Part shown: piece by piece, positions 10,478 through 21,129 of the stretch | Numbering within the stretch: position 1 is the stretch's first letter | How the letters are laid out: each line of letters begins with the position of its first letter | Program-made: the position numbers and the translations under genes | Notes under the pieces: generated by a model | Seen by the model: only the letters and a program-made list of their open reading frames with translations | The model's database searches: none | What the model was told of the DNA's origin: nothing | DNA from: a bacterium | GTDB lineage: Bacteria; Margulisbacteria; Marinamargulisbacteria; GCA-2716485; JAYNIM01 | Length of the DNA: 64,000 nucleotides | Direction: 5' to 3' | NCBI GenBank assembly: GCA_038109055.1 | Contig: JAYNIM010000008.1 | Span: 1-64,000 of the forward strand

Positions 10478-13400
10478 TAAACTATCTATACAAATTCATC
10501 AGAGTTCTTGGTTTAGCGGTAATTATACTAACAGTAGCAACAAGTATAGGGACATTTTTATTTTATCAAACATATATTCCGCAAAAAACAATCAAAGAAG
10601 TCCTAGAGTATCAAATCAGGAAAAAAATTGACCCCAGTTTTAGCATTGGTATCGTGTCAGGAGATTTACTCAAGCATATTGTATTAGAAGATATACAGTG
10701 TGCAGAGCCAAACTCAAATAGACAAAAACCATTTTTAAATATTAAAAAGTTAGTCATTACTTATAACATTTGGGACTTATTTAAAAAAGAAAATGGGGTC
10801 ATTTCCAGTTTAAAAAAAATCGATTGTATAGGGGCTACGATTATAATACGACGGAACCAAGACGGTAAGATTCCTATAGTGTTACAAGAGCCGTCTAGAA
10901 GTAGAAAATTTAAAAACTTTCAAGCAAAAGTAAATGTGACAGATTCAACATGGGTATTTGAAGATGAAAGAGGATTAATACCAAAAAGACAGAAAAAAAC
11001 ATTCAAGGTTCGTGTAGATAAGGTCGATATAGCAGCATTGAAAGACGTAAAAGAAGACACAATAAACATTAAGGCAACAGGGAAACTAACGCATAAAAAA
11101 TTTGTACTGACAGGCAGCATCGACCAAGAAAAACAATTAACTTTTAAGGTAAAAAACATAGATTTAACAAAATTTACAGGATATTTTATCCCCTTTCGAG
11201 GGTATAAACTCAATGAAGGAAAATACGATCTCCTTGGACACATAGGGCCCTTAAACTTAGGGGGACAGCCACTACTAAAAGTAGATATTCGAACTAACTT
11301 AAAAAACATGAAGCTTGATACACCCTTTTTTAAATCAAAATTTCAGCAAACTCAAGGAGAAGTCTTCATCAGTAATACACAACTAATAAAATCAAATCTA
11401 GAGCTAAAGTTTGGACTGGAAAAAGCCAACGATTATTGGAAAAAATTACGCAAAAACAAGGTGATCAATCAAGAAGGGCAACTACAAAACTATCACCAAG
11501 AACAAGTAGCTGCATTACCATTAATTTTAAGAAACGAGCTAAAACAACGAAGATTATATCTTGGCTTAAATGAGATTAAAGCAAACCTAGAAAAATTGCC
11601 TGTAAAAGGCCAAGGATACATTGATTTACTTGGCGCCAAAATTAATCTAAAAATAGAGAGTAACAAGAGCGATATTACCGGATTTAAAGAGGTATTTCCA
11701 TATATCAAAAAATTTAACTATACAGGGGTAGGTGATCTGCGTTGTGACATTGAAGGAAAGCTAAAAAAACCGAATGTGCATGGTCAATTATTTGTTCAGA
11801 AAGGCAGCGTGTTAGGTGCAAGGTGCAAACAGGTAGATATTCATTATCGTATCAAAAATAATCAGCTAGAGTACAAGGTTCCTACAGGAGAATTGATGTC
11901 AAATGCATTAACCGCCAATGGAAAAATTAATTTATTAACAAAACACTTCACCCTAAGTCTCTTAACACAAATAAATGCTAAAAATATAGTAAACAAAGAG
12001 GATGTTATAAAGGGAAAACTAAATATAGAAACAGAGATTAAAGGAGATGGGAGCAGCTTACATGTACACGCTGTCGCGTTACCAGTAAGTGCATCAAGTA
12101 TTCTTCAACAACACATAGATTTTGCTAAAATAGACGCCACATTTTCCCCCTATACAAACTTGTATGATAGCAAGGGGATCATTAGCCTAAATGAGAAACA
12201 AGACACGCTAGTCTTACGAGGAACAGCAATCAATAGCAATCAAATAAATCTAACAATACAAAGTAAAGAAAGTCATCACATAGACACAAATATTCAGGCG
12301 CTAATAGAGACAGATAAACAGTGGCTAAAAGATCCTAAAAAATATACAAAGGTAAAAGGAGAGCTACAAGTTCAAAATGTTCAAATAAAAAATATAAAAT
12401 TAGATCATATGGGTCTGCAAGCAGACTGGGATAAACAGCGCCTAAATATTCATAAAATGATCGCAAATAAAAATGAAAGCAGAGTGATAGTGAACGGCCA
12501 AATTACAAGCAGTAGAAACATCATGTTAAATTTGGAAGAAGGGAGCCGTATCACGATCAGTGATCATCCAGAATTTTGGAAAAGACAAGGGATTTTACAT
12601 GGCAAACTAACGGCCCACGGTAAAATGTATGGTCAATTAGGCGATCTTAAAGGGGAGCTGTGGATCAAGGGTGATACATTCACCAGCCGGTTTATAAATT
12701 TAGACAAATTCAGAGGCCAGTGTCGCTACAGGGGAAGGCGCTTGTTTTTAGACGAATTACGGATACAATATCAAGGTGATATTTATCAGGCATCAGTACA
12801 TATAGATGAGATACCTAAAAATATTCTACACCTAAAAAATCCTATAAAACATATAAACTACAAAGCAAATCTAAATATAAAAGAAGGGGAGATGAAGAAT
12901 TTAATAGGATTATTTGAACAAATTAACTCTGAAACGGAAACAAAAAGTTGGCTTAACAAAATTCAAAAAACAAAAGATAACCCTAAAACTCAACTATTTA
13001 AACTGCAAGACCCTTATGTAAATACAAAAAACTGGGTATTGTTTAATAAAAGTAACAAGAACAGTCTAATTTTTTTTCAAGATATAAATCAATCACAAAA
13101 CCAAACAGAGTCTTTTCAAACTTGGAAACTAAGCAAAAAAATAAAAGGAAAAATAAAGGGGAACATTCAAATAGAATCACAAAAAGAAGTCATTCCTAGT
13201 ATTAATTGTAACGTCACCATTTCTAACGCAAAAATTCTTAAATATCGAGCAGAAAATATCAATGTCAATATAAGAGGTAAAGATCAAAAGTTTAACACAA
13301 TTATCACAATAAAAGATGCGAATATTACAAAGAAAAGAATCAATAAATTAAGAATAAAAGGAGAGCTTCACAATAAAAAAACAATCTTCATACAAGAAAG

Positions 13401-15096
13401 TTTTATACAGGGAGAAAACATAAGCGCAAAGAATTGGATTTTAGGACAAATAGGCTTAACAAAGAACATAGAAACAAAGTTTAAATGGCATTTTCAAGGA
13501 GATGAAATAAATGCCCTATCCTTATTAATACCACATATAGATGCCATAACAAATAAAGGGAAATTCGAACTCAATTTTAAAGGAAATAAAGAAGAAACTA
13601 CGTTAACAGATGGGGTGTTAAATTTTGAAGATTTTAGTCTCAGCCAAAATGGGCATGAGATGAAAATTGCAAATGAAACAGTTTTTATAAACAACAATAA
13701 TATATATGTGCCAAGTTTGAATATACAGGTAATACAAGAGAAAAATCGAAAAAAGCGAAACATATTTCCTTTGCAAGTCAAAGGACGCGCCACACTAAGC
13801 TTACAAAATAATGAGAATGATGGGACAAAAATAATATCAGATCTTGATTTTATGTTGGCAGATATACATAAGAAAATAATCTTATCAAAACTATATAAAG
13901 GAAAAATTTCTATTAAAAATACACGCTTACAAGGAAGGCTAACCCACATGTTACTGGGAAAAAATAAAAAGAAAAAAACCGAATACACACAAAAAGAAAT
14001 GCCCAGACTAAAAGGAAAAATAGAGTTAGAGAAAGGGCTCCTTACCTTAACCAACACCCCCAAAAAAAGAAATTGGCCAAATATAGCTTTAGATATGGAG
14101 TGTCAAATTAACAGAAATATCTATTTAGAGAGTAGCTTTTTAGGAGAAGGCCTGCTAGCGGGATTAACCATAGATTTTGAATTACAGAAAAGCTTAATAC
14201 CGATTAATATAGCGGGAACATTAAACAGGCCCAAATTATACAATAACATTAATTTAGAGGGGGGACATTTAACATTATTAAACACAGAATTTGAATTAAT
14301 ATCACCTGAAGAACAAAAAACATACATAAACATAAGCGGGCGACCTTTCCGAGAAAATAAGGTTATATTTGAGCAAAAAAAAGACAAAGACAGTCTAAAC
14401 ATGCCAAAACTTCAATTAAGAGGATTAGCCATTATAGAAAATGAACAAATAACAACCCAAAACAACATAGAGCTTCCAAAAAAATACACGCACGTATTTA
14501 TGTCAATTCAGGGCGAATTAAATCATTTAGATGAATTTCAATTTGATATTTTTGAAAGCGATGAATATAACAAAGGGACAAAGCAACTATCATTAAAGAA
14601 AAATTACAAAGTTGATAATAAAGATAATAAAGAAAATCAAAATGCACTTTTAACATTACTATTACCCGGACTAAGCTATTTAGACGAAACCCAACAAAAC
14701 AACAAACAAGAGATAATCGAAGAATTTGGCAAGCAGCGTGTAAACCTTATTTTTAGAAAAGGAATTCGACCAGTAGAGAAAAAAATTGCACAAAAAACAG
14801 GGTTAGAAGAACTACATTTAGAATATAACTTAAGTCAAGCATTATTTGAGGGAAACGCTCAAAATATGGGGATTAATATACGTAAAAAAATATACGAAGA
14901 CCGCCTATTTTTAGCGTTAAAAACACAATTAGATTTTGATCCTAAAACCACACAGCAAAATATATTTGAATTATCAGAAGCAGAGTTTAATTATTTTATG
15001 TTAAAAAACTTGTCATTAAATGTGGGGGCACAAAAAGAAAACGACGCAAGAGAATATCAGGCAAAATTTTCATTAAGATACAGCCATGCGTATTAG
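10465..15096 (+). CDS. tamB: TamB/AsmA-like inner-membrane-anchored periplasmic bridge protein
   Basis: N-terminal TM helix, about 1500 aa of beta-rich repeats (GxLxxP motifs), DUF490-like C-terminus, directly upstream of an Omp85 gene. Confidence 0.75.
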   Translation: MSKIINYLYKFIRVLGLAVIILTVATSIGTFLFYQTYIPQKTIKEVLEYQIRKKIDPSFSIGIVSGDLLKHIVLEDIQCAEPNSNRQKPFLNIKKLVITYNIWDLFKKENGVISSLKKIDCIGATIIIRRNQDGKIPIVLQEPSRSRKFKNFQAKVNVTDSTWVFEDERGLIPKRQKKTFKVRVDKVDIAALKDVKEDTINIKATGKLTHKKFVLTGSIDQEKQLTFKVKNIDLTKFTGYFIPFRGYKLNEGKYDLLGHIGPLNLGGQPLLKVDIRTNLKNMKLDTPFFKSKFQQTQGEVFISNTQLIKSNLELKFGLEKANDYWKKLRKNKVINQEGQLQNYHQEQVAALPLILRNELKQRRLYLGLNEIKANLEKLPVKGQGYIDLLGAKINLKIESNKSDITGFKEVFPYIKKFNYTGVGDLRCDIEGKLKKPNVHGQLFVQKGSVLGARCKQVDIHYRIKNNQLEYKVPTGELMSNALTANGKINLLTKHFTLSLLTQINAKNIVNKEDVIKGKLNIETEIKGDGSSLHVHAVALPVSASSILQQHIDFAKIDATFSPYTNLYDSKGIISLNEKQDTLVLRGTAINSNQINLTIQSKESHHIDTNIQALIETDKQWLKDPKKYTKVKGELQVQNVQIKNIKLDHMGLQADWDKQRLNIHKMIANKNESRVIVNGQITSSRNIMLNLEEGSRITISDHPEFWKRQGILHGKLTAHGKMYGQLGDLKGELWIKGDTFTSRFINLDKFRGQCRYRGRRLFLDELRIQYQGDIYQASVHIDEIPKNILHLKNPIKHINYKANLNIKEGEMKNLIGLFEQINSETETKSWLNKIQKTKDNPKTQLFKLQDPYVNTKNWVLFNKSNKNSLIFFQDINQSQNQTESFQTWKLSKKIKGKIKGNIQIESQKEVIPSINCNVTISNAKILKYRAENINVNIRGKDQKFNTIITIKDANITKKRINKLRIKGELHNKKTIFIQESFIQGENISAKNWILGQIGLTKNIETKFKWHFQGDEINALSLLIPHIDAITNKGKFELNFKGNKEETTLTDGVLNFEDFSLSQNGHEMKIANETVFINNNNIYVPSLNIQVIQEKNRKKRNIFPLQVKGRATLSLQNNENDGTKIISDLDFMLADIHKKIILSKLYKGKISIKNTRLQGRLTHMLLGKNKKKKTEYTQKEMPRLKGKIELEKGLLTLTNTPKKRNWPNIALDMECQINRNIYLESSFLGEGLLAGLTIDFELQKSLIPINIAGTLNRPKLYNNINLEGGHLTLLNTEFELISPEEQKTYINISGRPFRENKVIFEQKKDKDSLNMPKLQLRGLAIIENEQITTQNNIELPKKYTHVFMSIQGELNHLDEFQFDIFESDEYNKGTKQLSLKKNYKVDNKDNKENQNALLTLLLPGLSYLDETQQNNKQEIIEEFGKQRVNLIFRKGIRPVEKKIAQKTGLEELHLEYNLSQALFEGNAQNMGINIRKKIYEDRLFLALKTQLDFDPKTTQQNIFELSEAEFNYFMLKNLSLNVGAQKENDAREYQAKFSLRYSHAY

Positions 15097-16789
15097 AAGC
15101 ATCGTATTAATTGCAGTCATCTGTATCCTTGGGAGCACGAAGACAAAAGTCGCCGAAGTGAATCTGAATAAAATAATAGAAGATATTGACTATAAAGGAC
15201 TTAAAACAATCACAAAAGAGCAATTACCAGGTATCAATCAACTAACAATCAAACAAGGTAAAAGAGTAATATCAGAAGATTTAGAAAAAGATATAAAAAA
15301 GTTTTATTTATTAGGGTATTTTTCGGAAATAAATGTGCAAAGTACGATAAAGGGGGCCGGGCAAAAAATTATCTTTAATTTTAAAGAAAATCCGGTAATT
15401 AAAGACATAAAGATAACCCCCAATAAAAAGGGGCCCACATTAAAAAACAAAATAGGGATGCCGTTAAATATCAATTTTGTAAAAAAAGATAAAGAAAAAA
15501 TTGAACAATGGTATAAGGATAAAGGGGTTATTTTTTTTAATATCGAAGATATTTCCTTTAATGATCATATACTCACATTTAGCACTAGAATAGGAAAAGT
15601 AGCAAATATAAAGATAGAAGGGGCCAAAAAAGTAAATAAAGACATTTTATTCAGAGAATTAAAACTCAAAAATGGGGACGTGATAACTCAAAAAAAACTA
15701 GAACAAGCCCGAGAAAGCTTAAGAGCCTTAGGTTATTTCAAGTACGTTAGCGTAGCAAAATTACAGGCATCTGGTGTGCCCAACCAATATGTAATTATAT
15801 TTAACGTACAGGAAAAAAAAAGTAATCGAATTGAATTAGGGATTGAAACGGACGAAGAAGAATTTGTAGGGTTTGTTCAAAATATTTACAATCATGCCTT
15901 TATTGAAAGTGACCGAATAGCAACAAAAATACAAATTGGAAATAGAGACGGCATCCCTAGCATCAAAACATATAATTTAAAATATCAGCAGCCGTGGATT
16001 GCAAATAAAAAAGACATTGCCTTAAGTTTGGAAGCCTGGCTAAATATAAAGCAAGAAGTATTGGCTAGTCAGCGATTATCAACACGTCCAACAATTGTTC
16101 AAGACGAACGTCAAGGTGCCTCAATCATGTTGAGTTTTCCGTTTAAAAAGAAAAAAGTAATTTTTGATACAAAATACAAACGGGAAAAAATATCCCCAAC
16201 ATCAAAAAGCAACTTTACAAGCTACACCTTAAGCGCATTTATCCAGCGGCTTCATTTCAGTAATATTGGACTAAATTTTAATCCCAAAAAAGGACAATAT
16301 TGGCAAATAGCCATAGAAAACGGGGGAGAGATAGGTAGTTTAAATATAGGTGGATTAAAATATTGGCGAGCAGAAACAGAATGGTCAAAATTTTGGCCAT
16401 TATGGGGAGCAACATTAGCTGTTCACGTAGAAGTAAGTATATTTGAATCCTTAGAAACAATAGATACCTTAGAAGTAGAACAATATGTGTTGGGAGGTGG
16501 TTCAACACTAAGGGGGTATAAAGATCAAAGTTATCCATTTGTTGGCAGCCGAAAAATACAGCTCAATGTAGAGTGGCGACGTGACATAAACAAAAAATGG
16601 CAATGGGTAACATTTGTAGATACGGGGAAAGTCATGCAAAGCGGATGGGGCTTTTTTAACCAAGATCCCTATGAAGTAGGTGTTGGACTGGGTATACGGT
16701 ATTTTACTGCCGCAGGACCCTTCCGTTTAGATGTCGGTCACAGCAGCAAAGAAAATTCAATTCATTTTTCTCTAGGCCAGCTATTTTAA
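15086..16789 (+). CDS. Omp85 family (BamA/TamA) outer membrane assembly protein with about 3 POTRA domains
   Basis: Signal peptide, POTRA signatures (LGYFS, KENP, LGYFK), LGGGSTLRGY, GLGIRY, GPFRLD, C-terminal FSLGQLF. Confidence 0.9.
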   Translation: MRIRSIVLIAVICILGSTKTKVAEVNLNKIIEDIDYKGLKTITKEQLPGINQLTIKQGKRVISEDLEKDIKKFYLLGYFSEINVQSTIKGAGQKIIFNFKENPVIKDIKITPNKKGPTLKNKIGMPLNINFVKKDKEKIEQWYKDKGVIFFNIEDISFNDHILTFSTRIGKVANIKIEGAKKVNKDILFRELKLKNGDVITQKKLEQARESLRALGYFKYVSVAKLQASGVPNQYVIIFNVQEKKSNRIELGIETDEEEFVGFVQNIYNHAFIESDRIATKIQIGNRDGIPSIKTYNLKYQQPWIANKKDIALSLEAWLNIKQEVLASQRLSTRPTIVQDERQGASIMLSFPFKKKKVIFDTKYKREKISPTSKSNFTSYTLSAFIQRLHFSNIGLNFNPKKGQYWQIAIENGGEIGSLNIGGLKYWRAETEWSKFWPLWGATLAVHVEVSIFESLETIDTLEVEQYVLGGGSTLRGYKDQSYPFVGSRKIQLNVEWRRDINKKWQWVTFVDTGKVMQSGWGFFNQDPYEVGVGLGIRYFTAAGPFRLDVGHSSKENSIHFSLGQLF

Positions 16790-16892
16790 GCTAGACAGTT
16801 AGGACGATTCTAAAGCAGTCAAAAGAGAGATATAACCAAAAACAAGAATATCAAGAAACGCGACTTAAATAATACCAAGATAGTAACCTTCG

Positions 16893-17702
16893 TCATGAAG
16901 AAGAGTGTGTAAGTAACCACTCATAAACCACATTTTTAGATAAGCCCAATTTTTTAGACAGGGCTAAAATTTGTTTATGTGTGAATCCCAGTGAAAGCAT
17001 ATAGGGTAATAACTCAGAGAGTTTTAACGTGTCAGGCGAAGGTAAATCCAGGACAAAACACCATTCACCTTTAAGAGAAATAGATTGAACTTGCTGGTAA
17101 ACAGATGCAACGGAACCATAAAAAAGACCTTCGTGTAATTTACTTAATTCTTTTGCACAAACCATGCGCTGCTGAGGGTAAAGATTCACAAGAAAAGAAA
17201 GCGTTTTGAGTAATCGCTTTGGACTTTCAAAAAAAACAATAGGTGCCATTGCATGTGAGAGTCGCTGTAAACAATCACGAGCAGCCCGTGTTTGTCGCGG
17301 GAAAAAGCCTCCAAAGACAAAGGTAGAGGCATCAAAACCAGACACAGATAACAACGCTGTAATAGAACAAGCCCCAGGGATAGGGCAAACCGGTATATTC
17401 TGTGCAATACAAGACGACACCAAATAAGCACCAGGATCACTAATAGCAGGGGTTCCTGCATCACTGAGTAAGGCAACATGTTTTTGTTGAGTTAAAAGAG
17501 ACAAGATCTGCGGGCTACCATCACGCTCTTTATGCTGGTCTAAACGTACAAAAGAGGTAGGGGGAATAGAGAGAAGAGTAAAAAGGTGTTGCGCACGACG
17601 CGTATCCTCAGCGGCAACAGCATCAACCTGTTTAAGTGTATCAATTAGGCGCTGGCTACAGTCAGAAATATTACCAATAGGGGTTGCACAAACATACAGC
17701 AA
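16893..17702 (-). CDS. rsmI: 16S rRNA C1402 2'-O-methyltransferase
   Basis: LYVCATPIGN, AEDTR, SDAGTPAISDPG, FESPKR, KELSKLHE, KGE. Confidence 0.95.
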   Translation of the reverse strand: MLYVCATPIGNISDCSQRLIDTLKQVDAVAAEDTRRAQHLFTLLSIPPTSFVRLDQHKERDGSPQILSLLTQQKHVALLSDAGTPAISDPGAYLVSSCIAQNIPVCPIPGACSITALLSVSGFDASTFVFGGFFPRQTRAARDCLQRLSHAMAPIVFFESPKRLLKTLSFLVNLYPQQRMVCAKELSKLHEGLFYGSVASVYQQVQSISLKGEWCFVLDLPSPDTLKLSELLPYMLSLGFTHKQILALSKKLGLSKNVVYEWLLTHSSS

Positions 17703-17704
17703 AG

Positions 17705-18100
17705 CTAGTTTGCTCGACTAAAGGATTGCACAGTTTCATAACGATTTTCGCTAGACAAAACATCCATCAAAACTTTACCTTTATACAATCCACCTTCTTC
17801 AATATTTAGATGATCACCTTTAATATCACCGTACACACGGCCAGTATTACTGATAGTAATTCCTTTTAAGGCCTCAATATTACCAATGACTTCCCCAGAA
17901 ATATAAATCATTTTCGCAATGATACCGCCCTTAACATGACTTTGAGCTCCGATATAGACATCACCTTGAGAAAAAATATTCCCTTCAAAGGAACCTTCTA
18001 TGCGCACAGAACTTTCAGTATTCAAATTGCCAACAAACCGGGTATCTTCTCCAACGATGCTGCTAACAATCGTGTCATCAATTTTTTTCCTACGAACCAT
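17705..18100 (-). CDS. Bactofilin (polymer-forming cytoskeletal protein)
   Basis: Beta-helix repeats SIVGEDTRFVGN..VRIEGSFEGNI..VYGDI..LNIEEGG. Confidence 0.92.
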   Translation of the reverse strand: MVRRKKIDDTIVSSIVGEDTRFVGNLNTESSVRIEGSFEGNIFSQGDVYIGAQSHVKGGIIAKMIYISGEVIGNIEALKGITISNTGRVYGDIKGDHLNIEEGGLYKGKVLMDVLSSENRYETVQSFSRAN

Positions 18101-18109
18101 GAGTAATTT

Positions 18110-19054
18110 TTACCATACCTTTTGGCTTGCTGTAAACATATCCATATCTAAAAAAGGCCTTGGCTTGATTGATTTATGCCAACGTCGAATTTCGTAGTGC
18201 AAATGAGGCCCAGTAGATCGACCTGTCGTACCGACAAACGCAATCACTTCTCCCTTTTTAACAACTTTTGATCGTTTTGCAATTAACAACGAGCAATGGG
18301 CATAAAGTGTACGGTAACCAAAGCCATGATTAACAACGATGGTATTTCCAAAGCCTCTAGCCCAACCAGAAAATTCGACGTTACCATCAGCGGTACATTT
18401 AATAGGAGACCCACTCCTGGAAGCAATATCAATCCCTCGGTGAAATTGGCGTTTGTTACGATGAATAGGATCAGGACGATAACCATAATTAGAAAGCACA
18501 GGTCCGTAAGTTGGCCAAATAGACGGGGTATTAGAAAATCGTTTTTTATAACGAGCTGCCCGTTTAGAAAGGAGCGAAATATGCTTATCTGACGCTTCAG
18601 TCACACGTCTAAGGTAATCAAGTCTTTGTTTAAAGAGACTGGGAGAAACCGAAGATTGTTCGCGTAGTTTCTTATTTCTTTCTTTAAAATTTATCTCTTT
18701 AGAGTTTTTTTTTTTTGAATATCGACCCTTATGTTTTATATCGTCCAATAATAAATTTAATTCATTTTCTTTAGACAATACAATCTCCAGGTCTAAAGCA
18801 AGTTGATCTAAATGATCATTAAATACGGCCATTTGTTTATGCTGCATGGTGACTTTTTGTTTTAACAAGGTATTTTCACGAAAATTAGATTGAGATTTAA
18901 AGACACGATAGCTCATAAATAAAACAAAAGTCGTCAATACAATAAAAAATAAAGCAGAGCAAAAAAAGAGGGGGGGGGAAATTTTAAAACGCCAACTATT
19001 ACCAGAGTGAGGGGGCATAATAATAACAGAAAAGTAAGAGGGTGATTGAGTCAT
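18110..19054 (-). CDS. M23 family peptidoglycan endopeptidase with TM anchor and coiled coil
   Basis: TPSIWP, HRGID, YAH, STGPHLHYE zinc motifs. Confidence 0.93.
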   Translation of the reverse strand: MTQSPSYFSVIIMPPHSGNSWRFKISPPLFFCSALFFIVLTTFVLFMSYRVFKSQSNFRENTLLKQKVTMQHKQMAVFNDHLDQLALDLEIVLSKENELNLLLDDIKHKGRYSKKKNSKEINFKERNKKLREQSSVSPSLFKQRLDYLRRVTEASDKHISLLSKRAARYKKRFSNTPSIWPTYGPVLSNYGYRPDPIHRNKRQFHRGIDIASRSGSPIKCTADGNVEFSGWARGFGNTIVVNHGFGYRTLYAHCSLLIAKRSKVVKKGEVIAFVGTTGRSTGPHLHYEIRRWHKSIKPRPFLDMDMFTASQKVW

Positions 19055-19081
19055 GATAATTAAAGTGTGATCAAAATTTGA

Positions 19082-19155
19082 TCGGGACGACTGGATTTGA
19101 ACCAGCGACCACTAGTACCCCATACTAGTGCGCTACCGGACTGCGCTACGCCCCG
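19082..19155 (-). tRNA. tRNA-Pro (GGG); CCA not encoded
   Basis: CGGGGCGTAGCGCAGTCCGGTAGCGCACTAGTATGGGGTACTAGTGGTCGCTGGTTCAAATCCAGTCGTCCCGA followed by TCA. Confidence 0.93.
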
Positions 19156-19162
19156 TAATAAG

Positions 19163-21007
19163 TCAAGAATGTTGATAAAGCTCCCGAAACTCACTGCCTT
19201 CAATAACTTCTTTTTCAATTAGGAGTTTAGATAGCTGAATCAATTTCTTCTTATTTTTAGTTAAAATATCATTGGCACATTGATAGCAATTATCAATAAT
19301 CTGCTTGATTTCAGTATCGATAAGACTGGAGGTACTATCAGAATAGTCCTTATCAGACTCATTATAATCTTTACCTAAAAAAACATATTCTTTGGTTTTG
19401 CCATATTTACGGGTACCTAATTTTTTACTCATACCATACAAACAAACGTATTTTGTAGCTAATTCAGTTGCTTTTTCAATATCATTAGAGGCGCCCGAGG
19501 TAATACTGCCAAAAATTAAATCTTCAGCAATACGGCCACCCATCAATATTTTAATTTGGTCTTCAATTTCAGACTTAGAAATAAGGTGTTTGTCTTCAAT
19601 GGGTAATTGCAAGGTATACCCCAAGGCCAAACCACGAGGTAAGATACTAATCTTATGTACAGGATCAGCATTAGGTAGTTCAAGTGCAACAATGGCATGC
19701 CCCAACTCATGATAGGCAACAATTTCTTTTTCTTTCGTAGAAATTAATCGTGATTTACGTTCCGGTCCAGCCATCACTCTATCTGTTGCTTCTTCAAATT
19801 CAGAGATAGATACCAAAGGCTTACTGCGACGCGCTGCCAATAAAGCAGATTCATTAACAAGATTCGCTAAATCAGCACCTGTAAAGCCTGGTGTTCGCTT
19901 TGCAATAATCTCAAAATCAACATTTTTTTCAATCTTTTTCCCTTTTGCATGAATAGCTAATATGTTTTTACGACCTTTGACATCTGGCTTATCGACAACA
20001 ATTTGGCGATCAAAGCGACCAGGTCTCAGCAAGGCTGGATCTAAAATATCTGGGCGGTTTGTAGCAGCAATAACAATAACAGTCGCTTTAGGATCAAAGC
20101 CATCCATTTCAACCAAGAGTTGATTTAACGTTTGCTCACGTTCATCATGGCCACCACCTAGACCAGCGCCTCTATGCCGACCAACAGCATCAAGCTCGTC
20201 AACAAAAATAATTGAAGGCTGATTTTTTTGTGCTTGGGAAAAAAGGTCGCGAACTCTAGACGCACCAACCCCCACAAACATTTCAACAAAGTCAGAACCT
20301 GATAAACTAAAAAAAGGAACATCTGCTTCCCCTGCAATAGCCCGTGCTAACAATGTTTTTCCTGTCCCAGGAGGCCCCATCAATAACACTCCTTTAGGGA
20401 TCTTCGCTCCAATATCAATATACTTTTTAGGGGTTTTTAAAAATTCAACAATTTCTTGAACTTCCTCAACAGCTTCATCAACTCCCGCGATATCTTTAAA
20501 TCTGACAGTTTTATCGTTCTTTTCTTTTTTCCAAGAGGAAGCGCGTGATTTTCCAAATGATAGGGCTTGATTATTCATTCCTTGAGCTTGTCTAAAAATA
20601 AAAAACCATAAACCAACAATCAGTAAAAAAGGAAGTAATGCTTGAACAAAAATACCCCAAACCCAACCAGAATCTGATGGATTAACTTTTATACTGACGC
20701 CTTTATCACGCAAGTCACCTATAAAATTAGGATAATCAAGATAATGCGTTTTAAAATGATTTCCATCTTTACTTTTTCCAACAATTAGACGCTCAGCAGG
20801 ACGAACAGATATCTCTGTAATGCTTCCTTTATCAAGCTCTTGCATAAACAAAGAAAAATCAAGACTTATAGGGGCCTTAGGTTCATGCAAATACGTTGTA
20901 ACAATAGAAACACCCATCAAAACAATTAAAAAATACCAGATAAACTGACGCCAATCTTTATTATTCTTCTTTTGTTTTCGAGAAGGTTTTTTTACTTTCA
21001 TATTCAT
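19163..21007 (-). CDS. ftsH: ATP-dependent zinc metalloprotease FtsH
   Basis: Two TMs, [17 protein letters not shown] ([20 protein letters not shown]), HELGH; start is probably 21007 or 21001. Confidence 0.98.
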   Translation of the reverse strand: MNMKVKKPSRKQKKNNKDWRQFIWYFLIVLMGVSIVTTYLHEPKAPISLDFSLFMQELDKGSITEISVRPAERLIVGKSKDGNHFKTHYLDYPNFIGDLRDKGVSIKVNPSDSGWVWGIFVQALLPFLLIVGLWFFIFRQAQGMNNQALSFGKSRASSWKKEKNDKTVRFKDIAGVDEAVEEVQEIVEFLKTPKKYIDIGAKIPKGVLLMGPPGTGKTLLARAIAGEADVPFFSLSGSDFVEMFVGVGASRVRDLFSQAQKNQPSIIFVDELDAVGRHRGAGLGGGHDEREQTLNQLLVEMDGFDPKATVIVIAATNRPDILDPALLRPGRFDRQIVVDKPDVKGRKNILAIHAKGKKIEKNVDFEIIAKRTPGFTGADLANLVNESALLAARRSKPLVSISEFEEATDRVMAGPERKSRLISTKEKEIVAYHELGHAIVALELPNADPVHKISILPRGLALGYTLQLPIEDKHLISKSEIEDQIKILMGGRIAEDLIFGSITSGASNDIEKATELATKYVCLYGMSKKLGTRKYGKTKEYVFLGKDYNESDKDYSDSTSSLIDTEIKQIIDNCYQCANDILTKNKKKLIQLSKLLIEKEVIEGSEFRELYQHS

Positions 21008-21129
21008 AATTAAACACAATATTAACAAATTCTTAGTCGACTGAACAACTATAAAGACAGGACAAGTATCTGAGAAAAGAAAGCGGTACCAAAATGGGCG
21101 AGTGATAATAAAAATCACACATAATTGGG

